DNA of 64,000 bases from Myxococcota bacterium (GCA_039194325.1 JBCCWC010000011.1:32001-96000), one strand, 5' to 3'; positions 30,597-39,599 are shown, numbered from the stretch's first letter. Notes: generated by a model from the sequence alone, not told the origin. Program-made: numbers and translations.

Positions 30597-32233
30597 GCGC
30601 GCGGATCGTCGAGTCGGCCGCCGCGCAGCTGACCGAGCTGGCCTCCATGAAGGGCGAGGTCTTGGGTGGGCGCTACACGATCACGCGGCGGCTCGCGCAG
30701 GGAGGTGTGGGGGTCGTCTATCTGGCGTCTGATGCCCAGGGGTCGCAGCCGGTGGTCATCAAGCTGCTCGGTCCCCACGCCCAGGACGATCCCGAGGCGG
30801 TCGCGCGATTCGAACGCGAGGCCCGGCGCCTGAGCGCGATCACGCATCCGAACGTGGTGCGCATGCTCGACCATGGGTACTACGAGGGGCGTGCATACCT
30901 GGTGATGGAGTACCTGCACGGTGAGGTCCTCGAGGCGCGCCTGCGGGCTCGCGGGGCGCTCTCGCTGCCCGAGGCGGTGTCGATCACCGCGCAGCTGCTC
31001 GACGCGGTCGGTCAGGCGCACGTTCACGGCATGATGATCCGGGACATCAAGCCCTCCAACATCATGCTCTGTGAGCGCAGCGGGCGAACGGATCATGTGG
31101 TCCTGCTGGATTTTGGCCTGGCCAAGCTCATCGACGAGGGCACCGCCGACATCACCCGCAGCCGGATCGTTGGCACCATGGGCTACATTGCCCCCGAGGT
31201 GCTTCGCGGGGGGCCGGTGGATCTTCGGGTGGATGTCTATGCGATCGGCGTGATGCTCTATCGCATGCTCAGCGGGCGGTTTCCCTTTACGGGGGACAAC
31301 GATGCCGCGGTCTTCTTCCAGACGGTGCACGTCGATGTGCCCAACCTGGTCGAGCTGCTGCCGCTGTACCACGGCGTGCCCGAGGGGCTCGTCGCGCTGG
31401 TCCATGATTGCCTACGCAAGGAGCCACAGGGCCGCCCGGCGGACGCGGCCGAGGTGATGGAGCGGTTGGTCGACTGCGTGCCCGCGACGCTGCTGCCGGG
31501 GCCGCCCGCGGGGGCGACCGAGGTCTCGCCTCGGGTTGCGGGGCCGCTTCGGGGGGCGACCGAGGTCTCGCCCCAGATGCCGTCGACTCCCGTGTCGACT
31601 CCCGTGTCGACTCCCGTGTCGTCCTCGGCGTCGGGACGCCCGCGTCGTCAGGTGGCGGCCGCGATCGCCGTGGCGGTCGTACTCCTCGGTGGGGGAGGGC
31701 TGCTTTGGGGCTGGGCGGCTCACGATCCGAGCGAGGTCGAGTCGGCGGAGGTCGAGTCGGCGAAGGTCGAGTCGGCGGAGGTCGAGCCGGCCGCAGAGCA
31801 TCCCGGGGACGTGCGGGTGCAAACCTCCGTCTCGCCCGCAGCGACGGATCCGACCGCGGACGCGGTGGATCCGCCCGATACGGCGCAGGAGCTCGATCTC
31901 GCAGACGGCGAGCCGCGCGAGCAATCGAGCGAGACCGTGGTGGTGTCGCCGGGCGTTGCGAGTCCCGAAGCTCCGTCGCCCCCGATGGTGGTCGCTGACG
32001 AGTCGCCGCCCCGTACGTCCCGTCGCCGTCGCGCGAAGTCGCGGCATCGTATGGCGTCCGGGCAGCCCTCCTCGCAGACTTCCTCGCAGACCTCTGCACC
32101 TGGCGCGGACGTCGAGCCGCAGGGCGACGAGGAGCCCAGCGCTCCGGCTTCGGCCGATGAGCGCTCGGTCTTCTTGTCGGTCCCCGAAGAGCGTGCGGGC
32201 AAGGGCGGGCTACTGTCGCCCCAACAGCGGTAG
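30593..32233 (+). CDS. Membrane-anchored Ser/Thr protein kinase
   Basis: LAQGGVGVVY, VIK, IRDIKPSN, DFGLAK, GTMGYIAPE; TM segment and low-complexity C-terminal tail. Confidence 0.9.
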   Translation: MSARIVESAAAQLTELASMKGEVLGGRYTITRRLAQGGVGVVYLASDAQGSQPVVIKLLGPHAQDDPEAVARFEREARRLSAITHPNVVRMLDHGYYEGRAYLVMEYLHGEVLEARLRARGALSLPEAVSITAQLLDAVGQAHVHGMMIRDIKPSNIMLCERSGRTDHVVLLDFGLAKLIDEGTADITRSRIVGTMGYIAPEVLRGGPVDLRVDVYAIGVMLYRMLSGRFPFTGDNDAAVFFQTVHVDVPNLVELLPLYHGVPEGLVALVHDCLRKEPQGRPADAAEVMERLVDCVPATLLPGPPAGATEVSPRVAGPLRGATEVSPQMPSTPVSTPVSTPVSSSASGRPRRQVAAAIAVAVVLLGGGGLLWGWAAHDPSEVESAEVESAKVESAEVEPAAEHPGDVRVQTSVSPAATDPTADAVDPPDTAQELDLADGEPREQSSETVVVSPGVASPEAPSPPMVVADESPPRTSRRRRAKSRHRMASGQPSSQTSSQTSAPGADVEPQGDEEPSAPASADERSVFLSVPEERAGKGGLLSPQQR

Positions 32234-32329
32234 CCCGGTCGCTCGGTAATCTGGTCGCTCGGTAATCCGGTCTCTCGGTAATCCGGTCGCTCGGTAATCC
32301 GGTCGCTCGGTAATCCGGTCCCTCGGTCG
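32228..32329. repeat. 16-bp tandem repeat (cggtaatccggtcgct) about 6 copies, slightly degenerate
   Basis: Directly visible starting at the kinase stop codon; no spacers between copies. Confidence 0.9.
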
Positions 32330-32725
32330 CCGCCTGTCGTGAGCGACGGGGGTACAATGCTCGCTAAGGTTCGTACCAGATGGTAGACGTCCAGGCGCGC
32401 TCTTGCTGTACGGAGCGCGCACCAAGCTGCCCGGGTTGGTGCCGCCTGCCGTGCTCGCCGTCGTCATGCGCGAGGATCGACGATTCACCGCCGAGATGGA
32501 GGGCGCCGTCGACTTGAGCGATCCACCCGACGTGCAGCTCGCCGAGGTCGGGGTGCGGGTGCTCCGTCGGATCCGGATCGGCGAAGCGGTGAAGTCGGTC
32601 ACGACGGGCTCGCCCATCGATCCGACCGTCTCGGCCAAAGTGCACGCTCGACCGACCGGCGAGCGTCCGGGACAATGGGCTGCATTGCGAGCGAGCGGTC
32701 GGGCGAGCGAGGGAGCGAGTACTTG

Positions 32726-33961
32726 CTACTTTCGCAACAGAAAAGCCGCACGCGCATTGAGTTCTTTTTTGAGATCATTCAACAAGAGGAACAACGCGTA
32801 TTCCTCTAGTAAGTCCGCGATCTTTGGCCATGTCGAACATGCTTGCTCGACAAGTCCCTGGACTTCACTGGCGAGATCGACATCGGCGGCCCGAACTTTA
32901 CGTTGTAGCCGGGAGAAATTGGAAAGCGAAACTGTCTGGAAATCACGAGATTTTCCGAATTTGAGGCCCAGGTCCTCAGGCTGGTTGAGAGGCCGATAGA
33001 TAGATGTCGCGACCATGTCATACGCAGGAGAGAGTCTCGGTATACGTGGGTTGTCGTAAATTAGCGACCAGTTCTTGAGGTGAGCGTCTCCATTTCGAAT
33101 CAAGATGATGAACGCAAGGCGTTTGGCGAATTCGACGAGGGACGATGCGTCCCTCCCACGATACACTAGCGAACCGATAGTCTCGAATGATCCTTGATAT
33201 TTTTCGTGGGGATAGATGCTGCGTATCTGCGCGAAATCTTCGATGTGTACCCGTCTTCCATTCGATCTGCGATCGAATCGTTTGACCGCATAGGCGAAAT
33301 CTTCATTCGCAGGCCACAGCCCAGAAGGAATGTCATCGAGTTCATCTCGGTGGACTAGCCTTGTTTCAGGAACATCGAGTCCCGAGCTGCGGGCAAATTC
33401 CATCATTGCGTGTTCGTTGATTGGTACTTGTGGGTACACTGAATCGGGCAGCTTGATGATCCAATCTCCATCCGCTCCTGCCGCTGGGGCCGTAAAGCGA
33501 TCGCCTTGCTTTAGCATCGAGAACTTCATCGCGATGTCGGCTAGCGAGAAGCGCCACTTTCCTTCTGGCCTCGAGCTCTTGGTATTGCTCAGGACTTCCC
33601 GCTTGGTCTCTTTTGGCGTGGTCTGAGGGTCCGACTCGGTCACTCTGACTGCGCCTGGCAGATCATGACCCACCTCGGCCAATAACTCTAGTTCGCGGTT
33701 TTCTGACACTCCCCGCGAACTAGCGATCCACTCACGTAGGCGTCCTTCAGGTAAGAGGTTCGAGAACCACGGTGGTAGACGGTCGATCGATCGGTGAGTT
33801 GCATGGAGGTCTTCCTCGAATCGAAGTCCTAGGATGTTGCGGTTGGGATCAGTAATATAGCTGCTATCGAGTATGAATCGTATATGAGCGCCGTGCCCGA
33901 ATAATGTGCCTACTTTCCGATCGTGAAGCCAAACGGAGTAACTGTGTTCGGGTGTGGGCAT
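32726..33961 (-). CDS. hipA: HipA-family kinase (N-terminal Couple_hipA plus HipA_C)
   Basis: LPPWFSNLLPEG, DLPGAV, WIIKLP, NEH..M, YAVKRFDR, HIEDFAQ, NGDAHLKNWSL, LSPAYD. Confidence 0.92.
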   Translation of the reverse strand: MPTPEHSYSVWLHDRKVGTLFGHGAHIRFILDSSYITDPNRNILGLRFEEDLHATHRSIDRLPPWFSNLLPEGRLREWIASSRGVSENRELELLAEVGHDLPGAVRVTESDPQTTPKETKREVLSNTKSSRPEGKWRFSLADIAMKFSMLKQGDRFTAPAAGADGDWIIKLPDSVYPQVPINEHAMMEFARSSGLDVPETRLVHRDELDDIPSGLWPANEDFAYAVKRFDRRSNGRRVHIEDFAQIRSIYPHEKYQGSFETIGSLVYRGRDASSLVEFAKRLAFIILIRNGDAHLKNWSLIYDNPRIPRLSPAYDMVATSIYRPLNQPEDLGLKFGKSRDFQTVSLSNFSRLQRKVRAADVDLASEVQGLVEQACSTWPKIADLLEEYALFLLLNDLKKELNARAAFLLRK

Positions 33962-34011
33962 GATACCTCTTTTGTCGTAGTGTGATGGTTAGGGGTGCCC
34001 GCAGCGCGCCT

Positions 34012-35691
34012 CTAGATGTCGTCGTCCTCGTCAACTTCCAGAGAATCCAGCGGGGGCGTATCTTCGAGGTTGCTTTCGGCAGATTTTGTCAAGAACTCAG
34101 TCAATGTTCGAGTTAGAGCCTTCTGGCGGCCTTCGAGGAACTTGGCACTGTCACCATTGGCGAGATATGAGCAGAGCTTGAGATCGAGACAGTGTGATTC
34201 GAGAACTTCTGACCGTGTCTCGCGTGACATGCTGGGTGGTGGGTTCACGAGATGATTGCGCGCGTCGTCTAGGAGCTCCTCTCCGAGGAGAATGAATCGA
34301 TTGGCTGCGTGTGCGGCGAATCCATCAGGTTCTCGCCTGATGAATTTGTGCACGATGTCCACTGCGGTAGTTCTCCCATGGAGAGCATTGGTGAGCATCG
34401 ATCGATCATAGGGTTCCCCGTTTGTCACGGATCTTGGCCGTATCGCCCACATTGCACATAAAAGCATACGCGAATACGCCGCCGTGGTTCGAAATTTACC
34501 CACGCGTGGTACGTTGAGCGGAAAATTATCGACCGCTTTTATGAGCGCTTGGACGGATTGTGATTCATCGGCGGGATCGACGTGAGTGGTGAGCGCACGC
34601 ATTGCTTGCGTCCATCCGCCGAATTTTTCGGGGCCTGCCATCGAAGCACGCCAATACCACCGTCGCAGTAACTCTCGATTTCTGACGGCTGGTTGTGGAT
34701 GATGCGCAAAAAATCGAGTGAGAACCACCAGAAGATAGCGATATGTCAAGAATCCGACGTGGGGTACACCTGCATCCTCCTGAAGAAATGTGACGGCTCG
34801 CTCGAGAGCGGCTTCGCCGCCACGATAGGCTTCGTCTACAGATTCATCCAGGAACTCTCGATGTCGTGGGGTCTCGGATCGCGGATCTCCGTCGAATTCA
34901 ATGCGGATGTCGCGGGTGACATCGGGGCCTCGGCGGGCAAGGACCCCTCGGAGAACGGTGTCTTCATCCAGCTCACCGAACCCTCGTACTGAATCGATGT
35001 GCTCGACAATATCTGAAAACGTATGAGGCGGTCCGTGCTTTCCGTCCCCCGCATGAAGGGCTGAGAAGACCTCCGCGCGTGTGAGCCTTTTTCCATAGTT
35101 GTTCATTCTGTCGAATATGTCCCGAAGGACAGATTCGTCTTGTTGCTTGACAATATATGCTGGTATTGTGTATTGACGAATTGCTTTTGCGACCCCGGTT
35201 GCTTCATCAAAATACTGGCTGCTCTCCGGGCGCTCGGAGAACCATCGCAAGAGTTTTTGAAGGTCGAATATGATGGGAAGGGGCACTGAGTGAAGTCGGG
35301 CGTTGCTTTGTTTCTCGAATGCACCGTCGGCGAGGTTGTAGGATGCTGCAAATCGAGCATCTTCAGAGCCGGCCTCATTGAGGGTGCTCGAGAGGCTCGT
35401 CAGGCGTTGTTGACCATCTACGACCCAGAGTGCTTCTTGGGTTTGCGGCGCGTCGATTTTCAATGCTCCGAGATGAAGGAGGGCCTTTTGTGCTGGGCGT
35501 TGCCACAGCAGCAAGCTTCCGATCGGATAGCCCCGGACGATGCTATCGAGCAGGCGTCGAACATCCTCCCACTGCCATCGAAATTTTCGCTGAAAATCGG
35601 GGATCCGAACACGCCCTTCGAGTACTGCCGCAACGATGTCTTCGATCGCAAATGTCGCGGCATTCGGCTTCGTGATCGATTGGTCGGGCAT
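34012..35691 (-). CDS. DUF262 (GmrS/ParB-like NTPase) domain protein with a divergent C-terminal region
   Basis: IPDFQRKFRW, DSIVRGYPIGSLLLW, VVDGQQRLTSL, IFDRMNNYGKRL: the QR, DGQQR and FxxxN motifs of DUF262. Confidence 0.9.
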   Translation of the reverse strand: MPDQSITKPNAATFAIEDIVAAVLEGRVRIPDFQRKFRWQWEDVRRLLDSIVRGYPIGSLLLWQRPAQKALLHLGALKIDAPQTQEALWVVDGQQRLTSLSSTLNEAGSEDARFAASYNLADGAFEKQSNARLHSVPLPIIFDLQKLLRWFSERPESSQYFDEATGVAKAIRQYTIPAYIVKQQDESVLRDIFDRMNNYGKRLTRAEVFSALHAGDGKHGPPHTFSDIVEHIDSVRGFGELDEDTVLRGVLARRGPDVTRDIRIEFDGDPRSETPRHREFLDESVDEAYRGGEAALERAVTFLQEDAGVPHVGFLTYRYLLVVLTRFFAHHPQPAVRNRELLRRWYWRASMAGPEKFGGWTQAMRALTTHVDPADESQSVQALIKAVDNFPLNVPRVGKFRTTAAYSRMLLCAMWAIRPRSVTNGEPYDRSMLTNALHGRTTAVDIVHKFIRREPDGFAAHAANRFILLGEELLDDARNHLVNPPPSMSRETRSEVLESHCLDLKLCSYLANGDSAKFLEGRQKALTRTLTEFLTKSAESNLEDTPPLDSLEVDEDDDI

Positions 35692-36198
35692 TCAGGCTAG
35701 ATTATCTCATCTTCTTGGGGACGTCACCGTATGAGCTCTAGAGGGTGGTGGGGTTCGTGGCGGCTCGAGTGGTCGATATGGACCAGCGAAGGGTAATCGG
35801 GCACGTCGTTGGGCGATGAGTCGGCTGTTTATGAATTCAATATGAGCTGTATCCAAGCCTGTAGGTTTGGATGCATGCGCTGGGGAACCTTGGATTGCCC
35901 TGGTGTTGCCAGAGGAAGAGCAAGTGGGGGATTTTGTGCCAATGGAGCGAGTGTATGTTTGCCTTCGTGATCAGTTTTGCTTCGAATCTAGAGGTCAGGC
36001 GCTGGGGGGTGAGGTCTTGCTCGGAGTCTCTCGTTGTCGTGTGGTGTGGTGAAACACAAACGGAGCTCAAGAAAAGAAATTGATCTTCCCGAAATAATAT
36101 GGTGCGCGTGTGGAACGGGTCATCGAAACAGATAGGACTCACTCGAGGGCCATTGCCAGCATGAGCCCGTCTACGTCGAGCTTCGAGCCCCTAGTCGC

Positions 36199-37158
36199 CT
36201 ACTTCCACGCGTCCCAGGCGAGGTTGAGTCCTACCATGAACGTGACCAGCATGCGCTTGTCGGGTTCGCCGTCGGGGTTCGAGCGAACCGAGCGTGGCCC
36301 GAACATCGGGCCGCCCCACAGCTCCGCGGATAGCCCGCGCGGCAGGGGCTGTCGGAAGCCGGCGGTGATCATGCCCGCGTGGTTGCCCCACGCGTCGTGG
36401 GCCACCTCGCCGTCGAAGAAGGGGGGCTCGAAGCGGTTGTCGCCGAAGGCCGAGACCAGAAGGTACTCGCCCCGAGCGAACGCGCGGCGGCCATAGGCGC
36501 CCAAGCCGATCCCGCCGCCGGCCAATCCATCGTAGATCCGGTCGTTGGTGGAGACATTCGAGACGGCGACGCCGCGGACGTGGAGGTAGAGCGGCCGATA
36601 GAGGCGGGCGCGCAGCTCGACCTGCGCCCCCACGCCGAAGAACGAGCCCTTGGTCTGACACTCGGCCCTCTCGGAGTCGCACTGCTCGTTGCCCATCGCG
36701 TGGGGGCCGATGAGGGGGCCCAATGCGAGGACCAGGCGCGGGTAGTGGCGGGCGGGAGAGGTTGGGTTCTCCGTGGTGGGCTCGGCGGAGCTCGGTGTCG
36801 CTTCGGGCGCGGCGGTCGTGGACTCGCCCGAGCCCGAGCCCGTGCCCGTGCCCGTGGGAGCTGCGCTCGTCGCCGCGGTGGCGGTTGGCGTGACGACCGG
36901 GGCGGCGGCGGTGGTGTCGGCCGGGGCAGCAACAGACGTTGCGGTCTCCGCCCTTGGCGCGGCGTTGGCCTCCGATGTCGTCGCGGCCGGGGGCTCGGTC
37001 GTCGCGGTCGTCGCGGTCGTCGTGGAGCTCGTCGATTCCGCGGCGGCTTCGGGCCGCTGGATCGGAGCCTCGGCCGGCTCGGCCTGCGCGATGGGGGCCG
37101 ACGCGAGCCCAAGCAGCGCGATCATTCCCGTGGTGACGGATCGCTCCATCCCCTTCAT
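36199..37158 (-). CDS. Hypothetical exported protein, possible small outer-membrane beta-barrel
   Basis: Signal peptide (PIAQA), long Thr/Ala/Pro linker, amphipathic beta-strand C-terminus (FMVGLNLAWD); start 37158 or 37149. Confidence 0.7.
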   Translation of the reverse strand: MKGMERSVTTGMIALLGLASAPIAQAEPAEAPIQRPEAAAESTSSTTTATTATTEPPAATTSEANAAPRAETATSVAAPADTTAAAPVVTPTATAATSAAPTGTGTGSGSGESTTAAPEATPSSAEPTTENPTSPARHYPRLVLALGPLIGPHAMGNEQCDSERAECQTKGSFFGVGAQVELRARLYRPLYLHVRGVAVSNVSTNDRIYDGLAGGGIGLGAYGRRAFARGEYLLVSAFGDNRFEPPFFDGEVAHDAWGNHAGMITAGFRQPLPRGLSAELWGGPMFGPRSVRSNPDGEPDKRMLVTFMVGLNLAWDAWK

Positions 37159-37225
37159 GGTGCCCGGATGATGGTCGGAGGCCAAGCCAGACCTTCAACG
37201 CGCGACCTTGCCGGGACTTACACCG

Positions 37226-37312
37226 CACCTCGCGGATCCACCTCGCGGATCCACCTCGCGGATCCACCTCGCGGATCCACCTCGCGGATCCACCTCGCGG
37301 ATCCACCTCGCG
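37226..37312. repeat. Perfect 13-bp tandem repeat (cacctcgcggatc) x6 plus a 9-bp partial copy
   Basis: Directly visible in the divergent intergenic region, ending 5 nt before ATG 37318. Confidence 0.95.
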
Positions 37313-37317
37313 CTACG

Positions 37318-38085
37318 ATGGCCCGGCGCCTCGGGGGCGCCGTCCTCGCCATCATGCCCACCGACACTCACCACGACTCCTCGCCGGACTCCTCGCCCGA
37401 CGTGTTGCCCATGCTCTGGGCCCACCGGATCACCGCGATCCTGCGGACCACCGACGAGGCCCTCGCCCGCGACGCCATGGAGGCCGCGGTGCGCGGAGGC
37501 ATGCGACTGGTCGAGTTCACGCTGACCACTCCCGGGGCCCTGTCGCTCATCGCCGAGTTTTCCGCACGCTCGGGGTTGGCCACGTCGGGGGGACTCGACC
37601 GGCTGATCGTAGGGGCGGGCACGGTGCTGCGCCCCGACCAGGCCCGGGCGGCGGTGGAGGCCGGGGCTCGGTTCCTCGTGTCGCCGGTGATGGATCCCGA
37701 GATCATCGCCCTGGCTCGCACGCTAGGGGTGCCGATCTTGCCGGGCGTGCACACCCCCACCGAGATGCTGGCCGCCCATCGAGCCGGAGCCCCGCTGCTC
37801 AAGCTGTTCCCGGGACCCGCCGGAGGCCCCGCCTACCTGCGCTCGACGCTCGCGCCGCTGCCCTTCTTGCGGGTGGTGCCGACCAATGGCGTGGATCTCG
37901 ACAACGTCGCCGCCTGGCTGCGCGCCGGCGCGTGGGCGGTGGGCACGACGACCGCGCTGTTCATGCCGGGCGCCATGGCGGCGCGGGATCTCGATGCGGT
38001 ACAGCGCCGCGCCGCGGCTCTGCGACGCGCGGTGGAATCGGTCGAGCGCGGTGCTATGCCCTCGCGAAGCGATCCCTTCGGCTGA
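37318..38085 (+). CDS. eda: KDPG/KHG aldolase
   Basis: AILR, VEFTLTTP, VGAGTVL, GARFLVSP, PGVHTPTE, LKLFP, VPTNGV; start 37318 or 37354. Confidence 0.88.
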   Translation: MARRLGGAVLAIMPTDTHHDSSPDSSPDVLPMLWAHRITAILRTTDEALARDAMEAAVRGGMRLVEFTLTTPGALSLIAEFSARSGLATSGGLDRLIVGAGTVLRPDQARAAVEAGARFLVSPVMDPEIIALARTLGVPILPGVHTPTEMLAAHRAGAPLLKLFPGPAGGPAYLRSTLAPLPFLRVVPTNGVDLDNVAAWLRAGAWAVGTTTALFMPGAMAARDLDAVQRRAAALRRAVESVERGAMPSRSDPFG

Positions 38086-38107
38086 GCTCGGGCGCCTTTC
38101 CCTCCCT

Positions 38108-39091
38108 TCAGCCTACCCACTCGGGGTCGATCGAGTGGGGCAGAGGCTCTCCGGCCAGCCCGGCCAGAAGGTTGTCCGCGGCCAGCTCGGCCATGCGTCG
38201 CCGCGTGCCTCGAGTGGCCGAGCCGATGTGCGGGACCACCAATAGGTTGGGGCACGCATAAAGCGGATGATCGGCCGGCAACGGCTCGGGCTCGGTCACG
38301 TCGAGCGCAGCGCCGGCGAGCCGGCCCGCATGCAGGGCATCGGCCAGCGCGTTGGGATCCACCACCGCCCCGCGCGCGGTGTTGATCAGGATCGCGGTGG
38401 GCTTCATCCGGCGCAGCGCTGCATCGTTGATGAGGTGGTGGGTCGACGGCGACAGCGGGACGTGCAGCGACACGAAATCGCTGGTATCGAGCAGCTCGCC
38501 CAGCGACACCGGCCGGGCGCCCAGCATCGCCTCGACCTCGGGCCGCGGGGTTCGGCTGGCGTAGACGATCTCCAGCCCGAAGCCGCGGGCGCGTCGCGCC
38601 ACGGCCTCGCCGATCCACCCCAGGCCCACGATCCCCAGCCTCGCGCCGTGAAGATCGGCCCCCAGCCAGCCGGTGGGCGACCAGGTCGACCACCGCCCCG
38701 CGCGGGCATCGGCGGCGGCCTGGGGCAAGCGCCGGGCTGCCGCCAGTAGCAGGGCCAGGGTCAGATCGGCGGTGGCCTCGGTGAGCACTCCCGGGGTGTT
38801 GCCCACCGCGATCCCCCGCGCGGCGCAGGCGGCGACGTCGATGTTGTCGACGCCGACCGCCATGTTGCTCACCACTCGCAGGGCGGGGGCTCGGTCGAGC
38901 AGCGCCGCGTCGATCCGCTCGGTGAGCAGGCAGAGGATCCCCTCAGCCCGGGGCAGAGCCGAAAGCAGCGTCGGATCGAACCCCGGGGTGTCGGCGTCGC
39001 CCACCCGCATCGTGCAGCGACCCTCGAGGCGGTCGAGCCAGCCCTCGGGCAGCGCCCGGGAGATCAGCACCAGCGGGAGCGAGTCGTTCAT
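38108..39091 (-). CDS. D-glycerate dehydrogenase / glyoxylate reductase (D-2-hydroxyacid dehydrogenase)
   Basis: AVGVDNID, NTPGVLTEATAD, GIVGLGWIG, INTARG, LDVTEPEP, PHIGSAT. Confidence 0.92.
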   Translation of the reverse strand: MNDSLPLVLISRALPEGWLDRLEGRCTMRVGDADTPGFDPTLLSALPRAEGILCLLTERIDAALLDRAPALRVVSNMAVGVDNIDVAACAARGIAVGNTPGVLTEATADLTLALLLAAARRLPQAAADARAGRWSTWSPTGWLGADLHGARLGIVGLGWIGEAVARRARGFGLEIVYASRTPRPEVEAMLGARPVSLGELLDTSDFVSLHVPLSPSTHHLINDAALRRMKPTAILINTARGAVVDPNALADALHAGRLAGAALDVTEPEPLPADHPLYACPNLLVVPHIGSATRGTRRRMAELAADNLLAGLAGEPLPHSIDPEWVG

Positions 39092-39117
39092 GGGCACGCC
39101 AGCCACCCTACGCGGGC

Positions 39118-39525
39118 TCACGACCCGGCCGGTCCGAACGCCGCGCGACCCAGGGCCATGCCCGCGGCCGCGCACACGATCCCCAGCACCAGGTGCAGCC
39201 CGATCTGCCCGAGCATCACCCCCAGCCGCTGGTCGCGGAGCAGCTCGTAGGAGAACAGGGCAAAGGCGCTATAGGTGGTGAACCCGCCCAGCAGCCCGCC
39301 GAGCACCGCGGTGCGGGCCGTACCCGGGGGGATCGCCGCCGCGGCCACCCCGATCGCGAAGCACCCGGCCATGTTGACCACCAAGGTCCCCACGTGGGGC
39401 AGCCTCGCGGACCACCGGGCATCGATGAGCCCGGCGAGCACTACCCGCAAGGTCGCGCCGACGCCCCCGGCCAAGAACACCCACACGAGGGGAAGCGCTT
39501 CGCGCGAGCCCATGCGCTCGGGCAT
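39118..39525 (-). CDS. crcB: Fluoride channel Fluc/CrcB
   Basis: GGVGATLR, GTLVVNMAGCF, GLLGGFTTYSAF; four hydrophobic helices; start 39525 or 39513. Confidence 0.9.
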   Translation of the reverse strand: MPERMGSREALPLVWVFLAGGVGATLRVVLAGLIDARWSARLPHVGTLVVNMAGCFAIGVAAAAIPPGTARTAVLGGLLGGFTTYSAFALFSYELLRDQRLGVMLGQIGLHLVLGIVCAAAGMALGRAAFGPAGS

Positions 39526-39599
39526 AGCCCAGCCTCGCCGGCGGGGGCAAGCGGAGGCAACAAGGGGCACGAAGGGCTGGTGGCGGTATGGTGGCGGTG

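Larger units (their letters stand above)
32700..36190. mobile_element. AT-richer, probably horizontally acquired islet (DUF262 + hipA + non-coding leader)
   Basis: Abrupt, visible rise in A/T and A/T-ending codons relative to the flanks; no integrase or direct repeat seen; boundaries approximate. Confidence 0.55.

Noticed and set aside
33962..34011. hipB antitoxin gene
   Set aside because: Only 50 bp between the genes; no HTH ORF found here or in 35692-36198
35837..36142. 101-aa ORF upstream of DUF262
   Set aside because: No recognisable motif, atypical composition and no clear SD; treated as non-coding
32700..36190. Intact transposon or integrative element
   Set aside because: No transposase, integrase, tRNA target or terminal repeats visible; only the compositional shift supports foreign origin
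37226..37312. Possible CRISPR array
   Set aside because: Head-to-tail 13-bp units with no spacers and no cas genes; the same applies to the 16-bp array at 32228-32329
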